Source: Nitrospinota bacterium
Lineage (GTDB): Bacteria; UBA8248
Reading direction: 5' to 3'
NCBI GenBank assembly: GCA_046581755.1
Contig: JAYGFR010000264.1
Location: 1 to 25,500 of the forward strand
DNA length: 25,500 nt
Part shown: positions 1-8,112 of the stretch, in pieces
Numbering within the stretch: the stretch's first letter is position 1
Layout: each line of letters begins with the position of its first letter
Translations under genes and position numbers: made by a program
The notes under the pieces: model-generated
What the model was told of the DNA's origin: nothing
The model's input: the letters and a program-made list of their open reading frames with translations, nothing else
Database searches by the model: none

Positions 1-96
1 CTGCTCACGCGCTCCTATCCGCTCGAGGAGATCAACGAGGCCTACGACGCGCTCATCAAAGGCGAGGTGGCCCGGAGCATCATTTCCTACGACTGA
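1..96 (+). CDS. C-terminal fragment of a zinc-dependent (medium-chain) alcohol dehydrogenase, truncated by the window edge
   Basis: Frame 1 reads LLTRSYPLEEINEAYDALIKGEVARSIISYD-stop (TGA 94-96), matching the typical class III/MDR ADH ending (YPLEEINEAF..L..GE..R.VI). Confidence 0.8.
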   Translation: MLTRSYPLEEINEAYDALIKGEVARSIISYD

Positions 97-153
97 GCCC
101 CAGGGCCGAGCCCCAAGGCTGATTAAACTCGCCGAAAACCCGCACGCCGTCCG

Positions 154-198
154 CGGGCCGGACCAGATCGAGCCGGACCGGAACGGGCCAGACCGGAA
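154..198. repeat. Imperfect 15-bp tandem repeat, 3 copies, ending just before the RBS of the next gene
   Basis: cgggccggaccagat / cgagccggaccggaa / cgggccagaccggaa, followed by cg and AGGAGA (201-206). Confidence 0.75.
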
Positions 199-212
199 CG
201 AGGAGAAACGAG

Positions 213-1301
213 ATGAAGATCACCAGTATAGAAACCAAATCCTATCTCCTCCCCGTCGAACTCCCCCGCTTCCCCGAGCCCGAGATGTCGGACTGCTTCG
301 TGGTCCTCATCCACACCGACGAGGGGATCACCGGGGTGGGCGCCACCCACCGGGCCAACCGCTTCGCCTGCCGGGAGACGGTGACCCGCGAGATCGCCCC
401 CTTCCTCGCCGGAAGGGACCCTTTCGCCACCGAGCGCATCTGGGACGACCTTTTCTGGAAGTTCAACCAGCGGCGCCTGACCGGTGTCTGGACGGCCACG
501 ATGAGCGCGGTCGACATCGCCCTCTGGGACATCAAGGGCAAGGCCCTCGGCCAGCCCGTCTACCGCCTCCTGGGGGACTACTCGCCCGACATCACAACCT
601 ACTGCACGTTCGGAATGCTCGAATACAGCCGGGACGACCTGGGCGAGCTCGCCTCCGAGCTCGTCGCCGCGGGCTGGGACAAGCTCAAGATCAAGGTGTG
701 CATCGAGGACTCGAAGAACATCCCCGAGGACGCCGCCCGGGTGCGCGCCGTACGCGAGGGCGCCGGGGACGCCGCCGAGATCATGATGGACGCCAATCAC
801 CTCTTCTCGCCCATGGAGGCGCTCGAGCTGGCCCGGATGTGCGAGCCCTACAACGTGAAATGGTTCGAGGAGCCCCTCTGCGGAAACGACGTGGAAAACC
901 TCAAGGAGCTGCGCGCCTCGACCACGATCCCCATCGCCGCGGGCCAGCAGGAGGGGATGCGCTGGCGCCACCGCGACCTCATCGCGGGCGGGGCGGTGGA
1001 CATCGCCCAGCCCGACGTCGTCTTCGTGGGCGGCTACACCGAAGGGCTCAAGGTGGCCCATCTCGCCCAGGCCTTCGACGTGCCCGTCGCCACCCACGGC
1101 TGGCCCCATCTCAACATGCACCTCGCCGGGGCCATCTCCAACGCCTGGCGGCTCGAATACCACCTCGGGCCCGCGGGCCTGGCCGACCATCTCTTCACGA
1201 ACGCGCCCAAGCCCGAAAACGGCATCCTCCGCATCCTGGACCGCCCCGGGCTCGGCCTCGAATTCAACGAGGCCGGGGTCCGGCCCTACGAGGATTCCTA
1301 G
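213..1301 (+). CDS. Mandelate racemase/muconate lactonizing enzyme family protein (enolase superfamily)
   Basis: 362 aa. HTDEGITGVG, SAVDIALWDIKGKALGQPVYRLLG, KxK (KLKIK), MMDAN, WFEEP, QPD, ATH and PGLG motifs; RBS AGGAGA at 201-206. Confidence 0.93.
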   Translation: MKITSIETKSYLLPVELPRFPEPEMSDCFVVLIHTDEGITGVGATHRANRFACRETVTREIAPFLAGRDPFATERIWDDLFWKFNQRRLTGVWTATMSAVDIALWDIKGKALGQPVYRLLGDYSPDITTYCTFGMLEYSRDDLGELASELVAAGWDKLKIKVCIEDSKNIPEDAARVRAVREGAGDAAEIMMDANHLFSPMEALELARMCEPYNVKWFEEPLCGNDVENLKELRASTTIPIAAGQQEGMRWRHRDLIAGGAVDIAQPDVVFVGGYTEGLKVAHLAQAFDVPVATHGWPHLNMHLAGAISNAWRLEYHLGPAGLADHLFTNAPKPENGILRILDRPGLGLEFNEAGVRPYEDS

Positions 1302-1351
1302 ACGAAACCGCCGCCCCCCGCCCGCGCCGCCGTGTGGCACAATGGGCCGCA

Positions 1352-2206
1352 ATGAAACGAACGGCACTGTTGTCATCCATCCTGGCGCTCGCCCTCTTTG
1401 CGGTAGGGTGCACCTTAAAGCAGGTGGTGGCGCGCTCCTCGGCGGCGCTTCTGGACGACATGATCGCCGCCCTGAACGCCGAGACGGATACCGGCCACGC
1501 CCGCGAGGCGGCCGCCTCCTTGCTCGTCATGCTCGAGGGCCATGTCCGCGCCGATCCGGGATACCGTCCCCTCCGGCGCGCCGCCGCCCAGGCCTACGGG
1601 GGCTTTGCCTTCGGGTTCCTCGAAAATGAAGAGCCCGAACGCGCGCGGCGGCTCTATAAGAGAGGGCGGGACCACGGCCTCCGCGCCCTCGGGCTATCTC
1701 CCGCCGCCCAGCCGGACGCCGCCTTCCGGCGAGCTGTCGTCCGGCTGGGCCGGGACGATCTTCCCCTTCTCTTCTGGACGGCCTACTGCTGGAGCGGATG
1801 GATTAATCTCAGCCGGGGGAACCCGGACGCCCTGGCCGATCTCCCGCGCGCCGAGGCGATGATGGCGCGGGCGAGGGCCATCGACCCCCAATTTTTCCAT
1901 GGCGGCCCGGAGCTGTTCTTCGGCGTCTACTACGGGAGCCGCTCGCGCCTCCTGGGCGGGGACCCCCAAAAAGCGGCGGCCCATTTCCGGCGCGCCATCG
2001 CGGCTACGGGAGGCCGGTTTCTGATGGCGAAGTTCCTTTTCGCGCGCTACCACGCCGTGCAGACACAGGACAAGGCGCTCTTCGTCCGGCTGCTCGATGA
2101 GATCGAAAAGGCCCCGGCGGGGCTCCTGCCCGATCAGGCGCTGGCCAACGCTCTGGCGAAGGAGCGGGCGAGGGACCTTCGCGAACGGATGGAAGAGCTG
2201 TTCTGA
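1352..2206 (+). CDS. TRAP transporter TatT component (TPR-like lipoprotein)
   Basis: ATG 1352 in the 698..2206 frame gives MKRTALLSSILALALFAVG-C (lipobox). Helical body with LFWTAYCW and LLGGDPQKAAAHFRRA; stop overlaps the dctP start (TGATG). The upstream part of the long ORF is shadow of the preceding gene. Confidence 0.85.
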   Translation: MKRTALLSSILALALFAVGCTLKQVVARSSAALLDDMIAALNAETDTGHAREAAASLLVMLEGHVRADPGYRPLRRAAAQAYGGFAFGFLENEEPERARRLYKRGRDHGLRALGLSPAAQPDAAFRRAVVRLGRDDLPLLFWTAYCWSGWINLSRGNPDALADLPRAEAMMARARAIDPQFFHGGPELFFGVYYGSRSRLLGGDPQKAAAHFRRAIAATGGRFLMAKFLFARYHAVQTQDKALFVRLLDEIEKAPAGLLPDQALANALAKERARDLRERMEELF

Positions 2207-3261
2207 TGAAGCCGAATCCTTGCGCAAAACCCCGATTCCTTGCCTGCCCGGCGATCCTCGCCGCGTTTTTGCCCGCCGCGTTCATGCTCGCGGCGCCGGC
2301 GCCCGCCCTCGCGGCGAAAAAACACGTTATCAAGTTCGCCAGCCTCGCCCCCGAGGGGACCACCTGGATGAGCGTCATGCGCCGCCTCGACCGCGACATG
2401 CGCAAGGGGACGAAAAAAGCCGTGCGCTTCCGCATCTATCCGGGCGGGGTCTCGGGCAACGAGAAGGACGTGGTGCGAAAGCTGCGGGTGGGCCAGCTCC
2501 ACGCGGCGGGGTTCACCGGGGTGGGGCTGGGCGAAATCCTGCCCGCCGTGCGGCTGTTCGAGCTTCCCTTCCTCTTCCGGAACTACGAGGAGGTGGACGC
2601 CGTTCATGAGGAACTCGACGGCTGGTTCGAGGCTGCGTTCCGGAAAAAGGGCTACGTCCTCCTGGGATGGTCCGAGGTGGGCTTCGCGCATTTTTTCTCG
2701 AAAAACCCCATCGCCGGGGTCAGGGATCTGGCGCGCCAGAAGGTGTGGATGTGGGAGGGCGACCCGCTCGCCCGGACCTACTTCGAGACGATGGGGGTGC
2801 GCGCCATCCCGCTGGCGGTCACGGACGTGCTCACATCGCTCCAGACCGGCCTCGTCAACACGGTCTACATCAGCCCCCTCGGCGCCATCGCGCTCCAGTG
2901 GTTCACCAAGGTGCGCTACATCAGCCCGGTCCCGATGGCCAACGTCACCGGCGCGCTCGTCATGCGCAAAAACCGGTTCGAGCGCCTGGCGAATGACCAT
3001 CAAGACCTCCTCCTCGAGCGGACTCGCGTCCGGATGCGCGAGCTGCGCCGCCTCACCCGTGCCGAGAACGCGCGCTCCATCGAGGCCATGACCAAGCGCG
3101 GGCTCAAGCTCTCTCCCCCGCCCCCGCCGGAGGAGATGAAGGCCTTTCGCCGCCTGAGCCGCGAGGCCATGAAAAAACTCGCCGGAAAACTCATCCCCGC
3201 CGATCTGCTCGAGCGTGCCGGGCGCGTCCTCGAGGGCCTTCGGGCCCGAAAGCCCTCCTAG
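2206..3261 (+). CDS. dctP: TRAP transporter substrate-binding protein (DctP/TatP type)
   Basis: Signal peptide, then IKFASLAPEGTTW, IYPGGVSGNEKDVVRKLRVGQL, LFELPFLF and DVLTSLQTGLVN. Confidence 0.92.
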   Translation: MKPNPCAKPRFLACPAILAAFLPAAFMLAAPAPALAAKKHVIKFASLAPEGTTWMSVMRRLDRDMRKGTKKAVRFRIYPGGVSGNEKDVVRKLRVGQLHAAGFTGVGLGEILPAVRLFELPFLFRNYEEVDAVHEELDGWFEAAFRKKGYVLLGWSEVGFAHFFSKNPIAGVRDLARQKVWMWEGDPLARTYFETMGVRAIPLAVTDVLTSLQTGLVNTVYISPLGAIALQWFTKVRYISPVPMANVTGALVMRKNRFERLANDHQDLLLERTRVRMRELRRLTRAENARSIEAMTKRGLKLSPPPPPEEMKAFRRLSREAMKKLAGKLIPADLLERAGRVLEGLRARKPS

Positions 3262-3264
3262 CCG

Positions 3265-3798
3265 ATGACCGGCCGGGAGCCCGCCACCCTCCGGGAGCGC
3301 TGGGAGTCTTTCGACGAGGCTCTTGCCCGCTGGGAGGGGAATCTTCTCATCACCCTTTTGTTCACCATGCTCCTCTTCGGATTTCTCCAGGTCGTATTGC
3401 GCAACGTTTTTCACACCGGAATCTTCGGGGCCGACCTTCTCCTGCGCCAGGGCCTTCTCTGGCTCGGGTTCCTGGGCGCCTCGCTGGCCGCCCGGGGCGG
3501 GGGGAGGCACATCGAGATCGATCTCCTCTCGCGGACGCTTCCGGCGGATTGGCTCGAACCCGCCCGGCGGCTGACCGGTCTTTTCGCCGCGCTGATTTGC
3601 GCCCTGCTGGCGCGGGCCGCGCTACTCTTCGTGGCCGGTGAATTCGAGGCCGCCAGCCGGATCGCGGGGACATTCCCGGCCTGGATGTTCCAGACCATCC
3701 TTCCGGCGGGATTCGGGCTGATGGCGCTCCGCTTCCTGGCCGGCGCCCTCCTCGGCCGCCCGGGGCCCGCCCCCAAAACCGGGGAGGAGAAAAGTTGA
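3265..3798 (+). CDS. dctQ: TRAP transporter small permease
   Basis: About 4 hydrophobic segments; QVVLRN, LWLGFLGASLA and HIEIDLL motifs; lies between dctP and dctM. Confidence 0.92.
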   Translation: MTGREPATLRERWESFDEALARWEGNLLITLLFTMLLFGFLQVVLRNVFHTGIFGADLLLRQGLLWLGFLGASLAARGGGRHIEIDLLSRTLPADWLEPARRLTGLFAALICALLARAALLFVAGEFEAASRIAGTFPAWMFQTILPAGFGLMALRFLAGALLGRPGPAPKTGEEKS

Positions 3799-5072
3799 CC
3801 GCGCTCGGAGGTCTCTCCCTCGCGGCGATCGCCCTGCTGGGCGCCCCCCTGTTCACGATCATCGCGGCGATCGCGCTCTGGGGCTTCGCGGCGGAGGAAA
3901 TCTCCGCGGCGGCGTTCATCATCGAGCTCTACCGGATGACGGACGCCCCGACGCTGCTGGCGATCCCCTTCTTCACCTTCGCGGGATACCTCATGGCTGA
4001 GGCCGAAACCCCGGCGCGGCTGACGCGGCTGGCGCGGGCGGCGCTGGGCTGGATGCCGGGCGGCCTCGCGATGGTCACCCTCGCCACCTGCGCGTTTTTC
4101 ACGGCCTTCTCGGGGGCATCGGGCGCCACCATCGTCGCCCTGGGCGGGCTCCTCTTCGCGGCGCTGCGAGAGGACGGCTACCCCGAGAGCTTTTCGCTGG
4201 GTCTCGTGACAACCGGAGGCGGCCTGGGCTTGCTCTTTCCGCCGAGCCTGCCGCTCATCCTCTACGGCGTGGTCGCCGGGGTGAGCATCGACCATCTGTT
4301 CCTGGCCGGGATCGGGCCGGGCGTCTTGATCATCGCGATCACCGCGATCTACTGCATGAAGGTGGCGAGCGCCTCCACGCCGAGGACGCCCTTCGACATC
4401 GGCAACCTCAAAAGCGCCCTCCGCGAGGCGGGCTGGGAGCTTCCCCTGCCCATCCTGATTCTGGGCGGAATCTACGGGGGCTTCTATACGGCGGCGGAGG
4501 CCTCCATCGTCGCCGCCCTCTACGTCCTCATCGTCGAGGTGTGGGCCTATCACGATCTCGACCTGTGGGATGAGGTGCCGGGCATCGCCCGCGAGAGCAT
4601 GATCCTCGTCGGGGTGATCCTGGTGATTCTGGGCGCGGCTCTCGGGCTGACGAACTACCTGGTGGACCAGCAGGCGCCCCAGCGGATTTTAGAGGCGATG
4701 CGCTCGGTCAGCACGAACCGCTACGTTTTCCTCTTCGGGCTCAACCTGTTTCTCCTCGCCGTGGGCTGCATGATGGACATCTTCTCGGCCATCGTGGTCG
4801 TGGTCCCGCTCATCGTCCCCATCGCGAAGGAATTCGGGGTCCACCCGGTCCACCTGGGCATCATCTTCCTGGCCAACCTCGAGATCGGCTACATCACCCC
4901 TCCGGTCGGCCTCAACCTGTTCATCGCGAGCAACCGCTTCGGAAAGCCGCTGGCCGAGATCTGGCGCACGACGCTGCCCTTCCTCCTGCTCCGCCTCGCC
5001 GCGCTGGCGATCATCACCTATTTCTCGGGCCTCAGCCTCGCCCCGCTCGAGTGGTGGTCCGGCGGGCGCTAG
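3795..5072 (+). CDS. dctM: TRAP transporter large permease
   Basis: 425 aa hydrophobic protein; LLAIPFFTFAG, GLLFPPSLPLILYG and EIGYITPPVGLNLF motifs; TTG start overlaps the dctQ stop. Confidence 0.95.
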   Translation: MTALGGLSLAAIALLGAPLFTIIAAIALWGFAAEEISAAAFIIELYRMTDAPTLLAIPFFTFAGYLMAEAETPARLTRLARAALGWMPGGLAMVTLATCAFFTAFSGASGATIVALGGLLFAALREDGYPESFSLGLVTTGGGLGLLFPPSLPLILYGVVAGVSIDHLFLAGIGPGVLIIAITAIYCMKVASASTPRTPFDIGNLKSALREAGWELPLPILILGGIYGGFYTAAEASIVAALYVLIVEVWAYHDLDLWDEVPGIARESMILVGVILVILGAALGLTNYLVDQQAPQRILEAMRSVSTNRYVFLFGLNLFLLAVGCMMDIFSAIVVVVPLIVPIAKEFGVHPVHLGIIFLANLEIGYITPPVGLNLFIASNRFGKPLAEIWRTTLPFLLLRLAALAIITYFSGLSLAPLEWWSGGR

Positions 5073-5214
5073 GCGGCCTCACCCTCGGGCGAAGGCGGCC
5101 CGGGCCGCCGGCCGGCGAAGGTTGAGGGCGGCGGGAATCGGCGCTACTCTCCCGGTGCCCCCTTCCCGGCCGGGCCGGGCGGTTTTGACCCCACATGAAA
5201 GGGAGATCGGCGCC

Positions 5215-5991
5215 ATGACCGACGCCTCCGAGCAGCGCGAGAAAGTCCAGAAAATCTACAGCGGCGACTCGGACTACTACATCACAAGCACCCCGCACGC
5301 CAAGAGCAGCTCGCTCGCCCGCTCGGCCGAGATCCTCGACCCCCGGGGCGGGATTCATCTCGACGTGGCCACCGGGGCGGGCCACACCGCCTTCGCCATG
5401 GCACCCCGGTGCGGCTGGGTGATCGCGAGCGACCTGACCCAGGGGATGCTCGAATCCACTCGGAAAAACGGGGCCGAGAAGGGGATCACGAACACCCGGC
5501 TCCTGCGCACGGACTCCGAGAGCCTCGCCCTGCGGGACGCCTCGGTGGATTCGGTCTCGGTGCGCATTGCCCCGCACCATTTCTCCGACGTGCAAAAAAC
5601 CATCGGCGAGATGAGGCGCGTCCTGAAGCCCGGCGGCAAGCTCATCTACATCGACAACATCGCCCCCGAGGAGCCGCCCGAGGCGAAGCGCTACAACGAC
5701 TTCGAGACTCTGCGCGACCCGAGCCACAACCGCTGCGACTCCCTCCCCATCCTGATCGAAATGTTCGAGAGCGCGGGCCTCGAAATTCTCCACACCGAGA
5801 CCATCCGCAAGCGGATGGACTTCGAGGAGTGGGTCGCCCGGCCCCACCTGGACGATGACGGCCGGGCCGAGCTCCGGCGCTTCCTCGACGAGGCCACCCC
5901 CGCCATCCGCTACTGGATGAACCCCCGCGAGGAGGAGGGCATGGTGTATTTCGACGAGATCGAGGGCGTCATTCTCGCCCGGCGCAACTGA
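5215..5991 (+). CDS. Class I SAM-dependent methyltransferase (UbiE-like, YafE/YcgJ type)
   Basis: HLDVATGAGHTA (motif I), SDLT, DASVDSV..RIAPHHF and EMRRVLKPGG; GGGAGA before ATG 5215 is a better start than the TTG at 5122. Confidence 0.88.
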   Translation: MTDASEQREKVQKIYSGDSDYYITSTPHAKSSSLARSAEILDPRGGIHLDVATGAGHTAFAMAPRCGWVIASDLTQGMLESTRKNGAEKGITNTRLLRTDSESLALRDASVDSVSVRIAPHHFSDVQKTIGEMRRVLKPGGKLIYIDNIAPEEPPEAKRYNDFETLRDPSHNRCDSLPILIEMFESAGLEILHTETIRKRMDFEEWVARPHLDDDGRAELRRFLDEATPAIRYWMNPREEEGMVYFDEIEGVILARRN

Positions 5992-5995
5992 ATCC

Positions 5996-7381
5996 ATGGC
6001 GGAAAGCGGGCTGGGGGACGAGGGCGCGCGCCTCCGCCGCCTCATCGAGGCCGACCGCCGCCATCTGTGGCATCCCTTCACCCCGATGGACGAATGGGAG
6101 AGCGAGGACCCGCCCCTGATCGTCGAGCGGGGGGAGGGCGCCTACCTCATCGATATCGAAGGCCGCCGCTACCTGGATGGGGTCTCCTCCCTTTGGGTGA
6201 ACCTTCACGGCCACCGGCGCGCCGAGATCGACGAGGCGGTGCGCCGCCAGCTCGGCCTCATCGCCCACTCCACCCAGCTCGGCATGGGCCAGACCGCCTC
6301 CATCGAGCTCGCGGAAAAACTGACCGCCATCGCTCCCCCGGGCCTCGCGCGCGTGTTCTATTCGGACAGCGGCGCCACCGCCGTCGAAGTGGCCCTCAAA
6401 ATCGCCTTCCAGTACCAAAAACAGCGCTCCCCGGCCCGGCCGGGCAAATCCAAGTTCATCGCGCTCAACCTGGCCTACCACGGGGACACCGCCGGAGCGG
6501 TGAGCGTGGGCGGCATCGGGGCGTTCCACGAAATGTTCCGCCCCCTCCTGTTCGAGACGATCCGGGCGGAGACGGCATATTGCTACCGCTGCCCGAGGAG
6601 TGCGGAGGCGCCCCCCTGCGCGGTGTGCGCCGGGGAAGAGATCGAGCGGCTCATTCTGGAGCGCGCGGACGAGACCGCCGCCGTCATCGTAGAGCCCAGG
6701 GTCCAGGGGGCGGCGGGGATCATTGTCCAGCCGGAGGGCTTTCTCCGCCGGGTGCGCGAGGCCTGCACGCGCGCCGATGTTCTCCTCATCGCCGACGAGG
6801 TGGCCACCGGCTTTGGCCGAACGGGGAGGATGTTCGCCTGCAATCACGAGGGGGTCGCGCCTAACCTCTTGTGCATTGCCAAGGGCCTCACGGGGGGCTA
6901 CCTCCCCCTGGCCGCGACGCTGGCCACCGAGGAGATTTTCGACGCCTTCCGGGGCACGCCTGGAGAGGGCCGGACCTTTTTCCACGGCCACTCCTACACC
7001 GGGAATCCCCTGGGCTGCGCCGCCGCCCTGGCCAGCCTCGGCATCTTCGAGGCCGAAGGGACTCTCGATGCGCTCCAGCCGAAAATCCGCCGCTTCTGGA
7101 GCGAGCTGGCGCGGCTCCGGGACCTTCCCGCCGTGGGCGAGGTGCGCGGGCTGGGCTTCATGGCCGGGATCGAGCTGGTAGCGGACCGGGAGAAAAAAAC
7201 GCCCTATCCCGCCGGGATGCGCATGGGGCGGCGGACGATCCTGGCGGCGCGCCGGCGCGGGCTGGCGGTCCGCCCGCTGGGCGATGTCGTGGTTCTCATG
7301 CCGCCCTATTGCGTGAGCGAGGAGGAAATCGCCTGGATGGCGGGCGTTTTGGGCGAGGCGATCGAGGAGGTTTCCGGCTAG
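5996..7381 (+). CDS. bioA: Adenosylmethionine-8-amino-7-oxononanoate transaminase (class III aminotransferase)
   Basis: LWHPFT, YLDGVSSLWVNLHGH, DSGATAVEVALK, AYHGDT, IADEVATGFGRTG, AKGLTGGYLPL (PLP lysine), FFHGHSYTGNPL and RPLGD. Confidence 0.93.
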   Translation: MAESGLGDEGARLRRLIEADRRHLWHPFTPMDEWESEDPPLIVERGEGAYLIDIEGRRYLDGVSSLWVNLHGHRRAEIDEAVRRQLGLIAHSTQLGMGQTASIELAEKLTAIAPPGLARVFYSDSGATAVEVALKIAFQYQKQRSPARPGKSKFIALNLAYHGDTAGAVSVGGIGAFHEMFRPLLFETIRAETAYCYRCPRSAEAPPCAVCAGEEIERLILERADETAAVIVEPRVQGAAGIIVQPEGFLRRVREACTRADVLLIADEVATGFGRTGRMFACNHEGVAPNLLCIAKGLTGGYLPLAATLATEEIFDAFRGTPGEGRTFFHGHSYTGNPLGCAAALASLGIFEAEGTLDALQPKIRRFWSELARLRDLPAVGEVRGLGFMAGIELVADREKKTPYPAGMRMGRRTILAARRRGLAVRPLGDVVVLMPPYCVSEEEIAWMAGVLGEAIEEVSG

Positions 7382-8112
7382 CGGCCGCCTGAGGGCGCGC
7401 CGACGGGCGCGGCGGGTTGCCCCCCCGATGGAACCCCGGCCGGTCCCGCGCCGGGAACCCCGGCGGGCGAGACGGGCGAGGCGGACGAGGCGGGTTTCTC
7501 GGGCGCCGCGGGGGCGGCCGCCACGAGGTCGCCCCGGAATTTGAGTGGCGCCGCCAGCGTGAGAGCCCCGGCGATGGTCTCGGCCTCCTGGCTTTCGACC
7601 AGCAGAACGACCCGCTCGAACCCCTCCCCGAAGTTGCTGAGGACGGTGTTGGCCACCGCCTGGGCGGTCAGAAATTCGCTCCAGGCCCCTCCGGGATGGG
7701 CATCCCGGAACGCGCGGTCGAAGTCCACATACAACGTCGATTTGGGGCCTGGAAAAACGGCGCGGATTTTCGTGGCGGGGGGCACTGCGGGCGCGGCGCC
7801 GCCGTCCTCGTCCCCGGGACCGGCGATCAGCGCCTGGAGCGCGTTCCGGAGGGTCTGGATGGGAGACGCGCCCTTTTCCACCTCCCTTTGAATCCGGACG
7901 AGCTTCTCGCCGTCCGGGCTCACGAAAAAGACGGCCACCTTCACGGTCGGAATGATGACGGACGCTTTCTTTCTCTCCCCCGAGGCCGCCAGCCGGCCGC
8001 GCTCCAACATATCGGACAGAAAATCCGAAAGCGGGTCCCGGTAGTAGCGCGCTCCGCCTACCCCGATCCCCACGGCGGCGATGAGAATGAGCCAGCGGCG
8101 CAGCCGCTTCAT
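7378..8112 (-). CDS. GerMN (sporulation/spore germination) domain protein with N-terminal membrane anchor and Pro/Ala-rich tail
   Basis: N-terminal hydrophobic segment, then ALQALIAGP, VPPATKI, LYVDF, H.GG..E, AVANT and VVLLVE; coupled to the upstream amidase. Confidence 0.82.
   Translation of the reverse strand: MKRLRRWLILIAAVGIGVGGARYYRDPLSDFLSDMLERGRLAASGERKKASVIIPTVKVAVFFVSPDGEKLVRIQREVEKGASPIQTLRNALQALIAGPGDEDGGAAPAVPPATKIRAVFPGPKSTLYVDFDRAFRDAHPGGAWSEFLTAQAVANTVLSNFGEGFERVVLLVESQEAETIAGALTLAAPLKFRGDLVAAAPAAPEKPASSASPVSPAGVPGAGPAGVPSGGQPAAPVGAPSGGR

Noticed and set aside
698..1351. N-terminal extension of the TatT ORF (likewise 8229-9230 for the lipoprotein ORF)
   Set aside because: Overlaps a real gene in another frame or strand; the lipoprotein signal peptides mark starts at 1352 and 9231.
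123..1376. 417-aa minus-strand ORF and similar long overlapping ORFs (2134..3510, 12379..13710, 14389..16383, 20951..22231)
   Set aside because: They overlap well-supported genes and are expected where stop codons are rare in GC-rich DNA.
5215..5991. Methyltransferase as BioC because it adjoins bioA
   Set aside because: Its motifs (DVATGAGHTA, RIAPHHF, RDPSH) fit YafE/YcgJ-type enzymes, not BioC.
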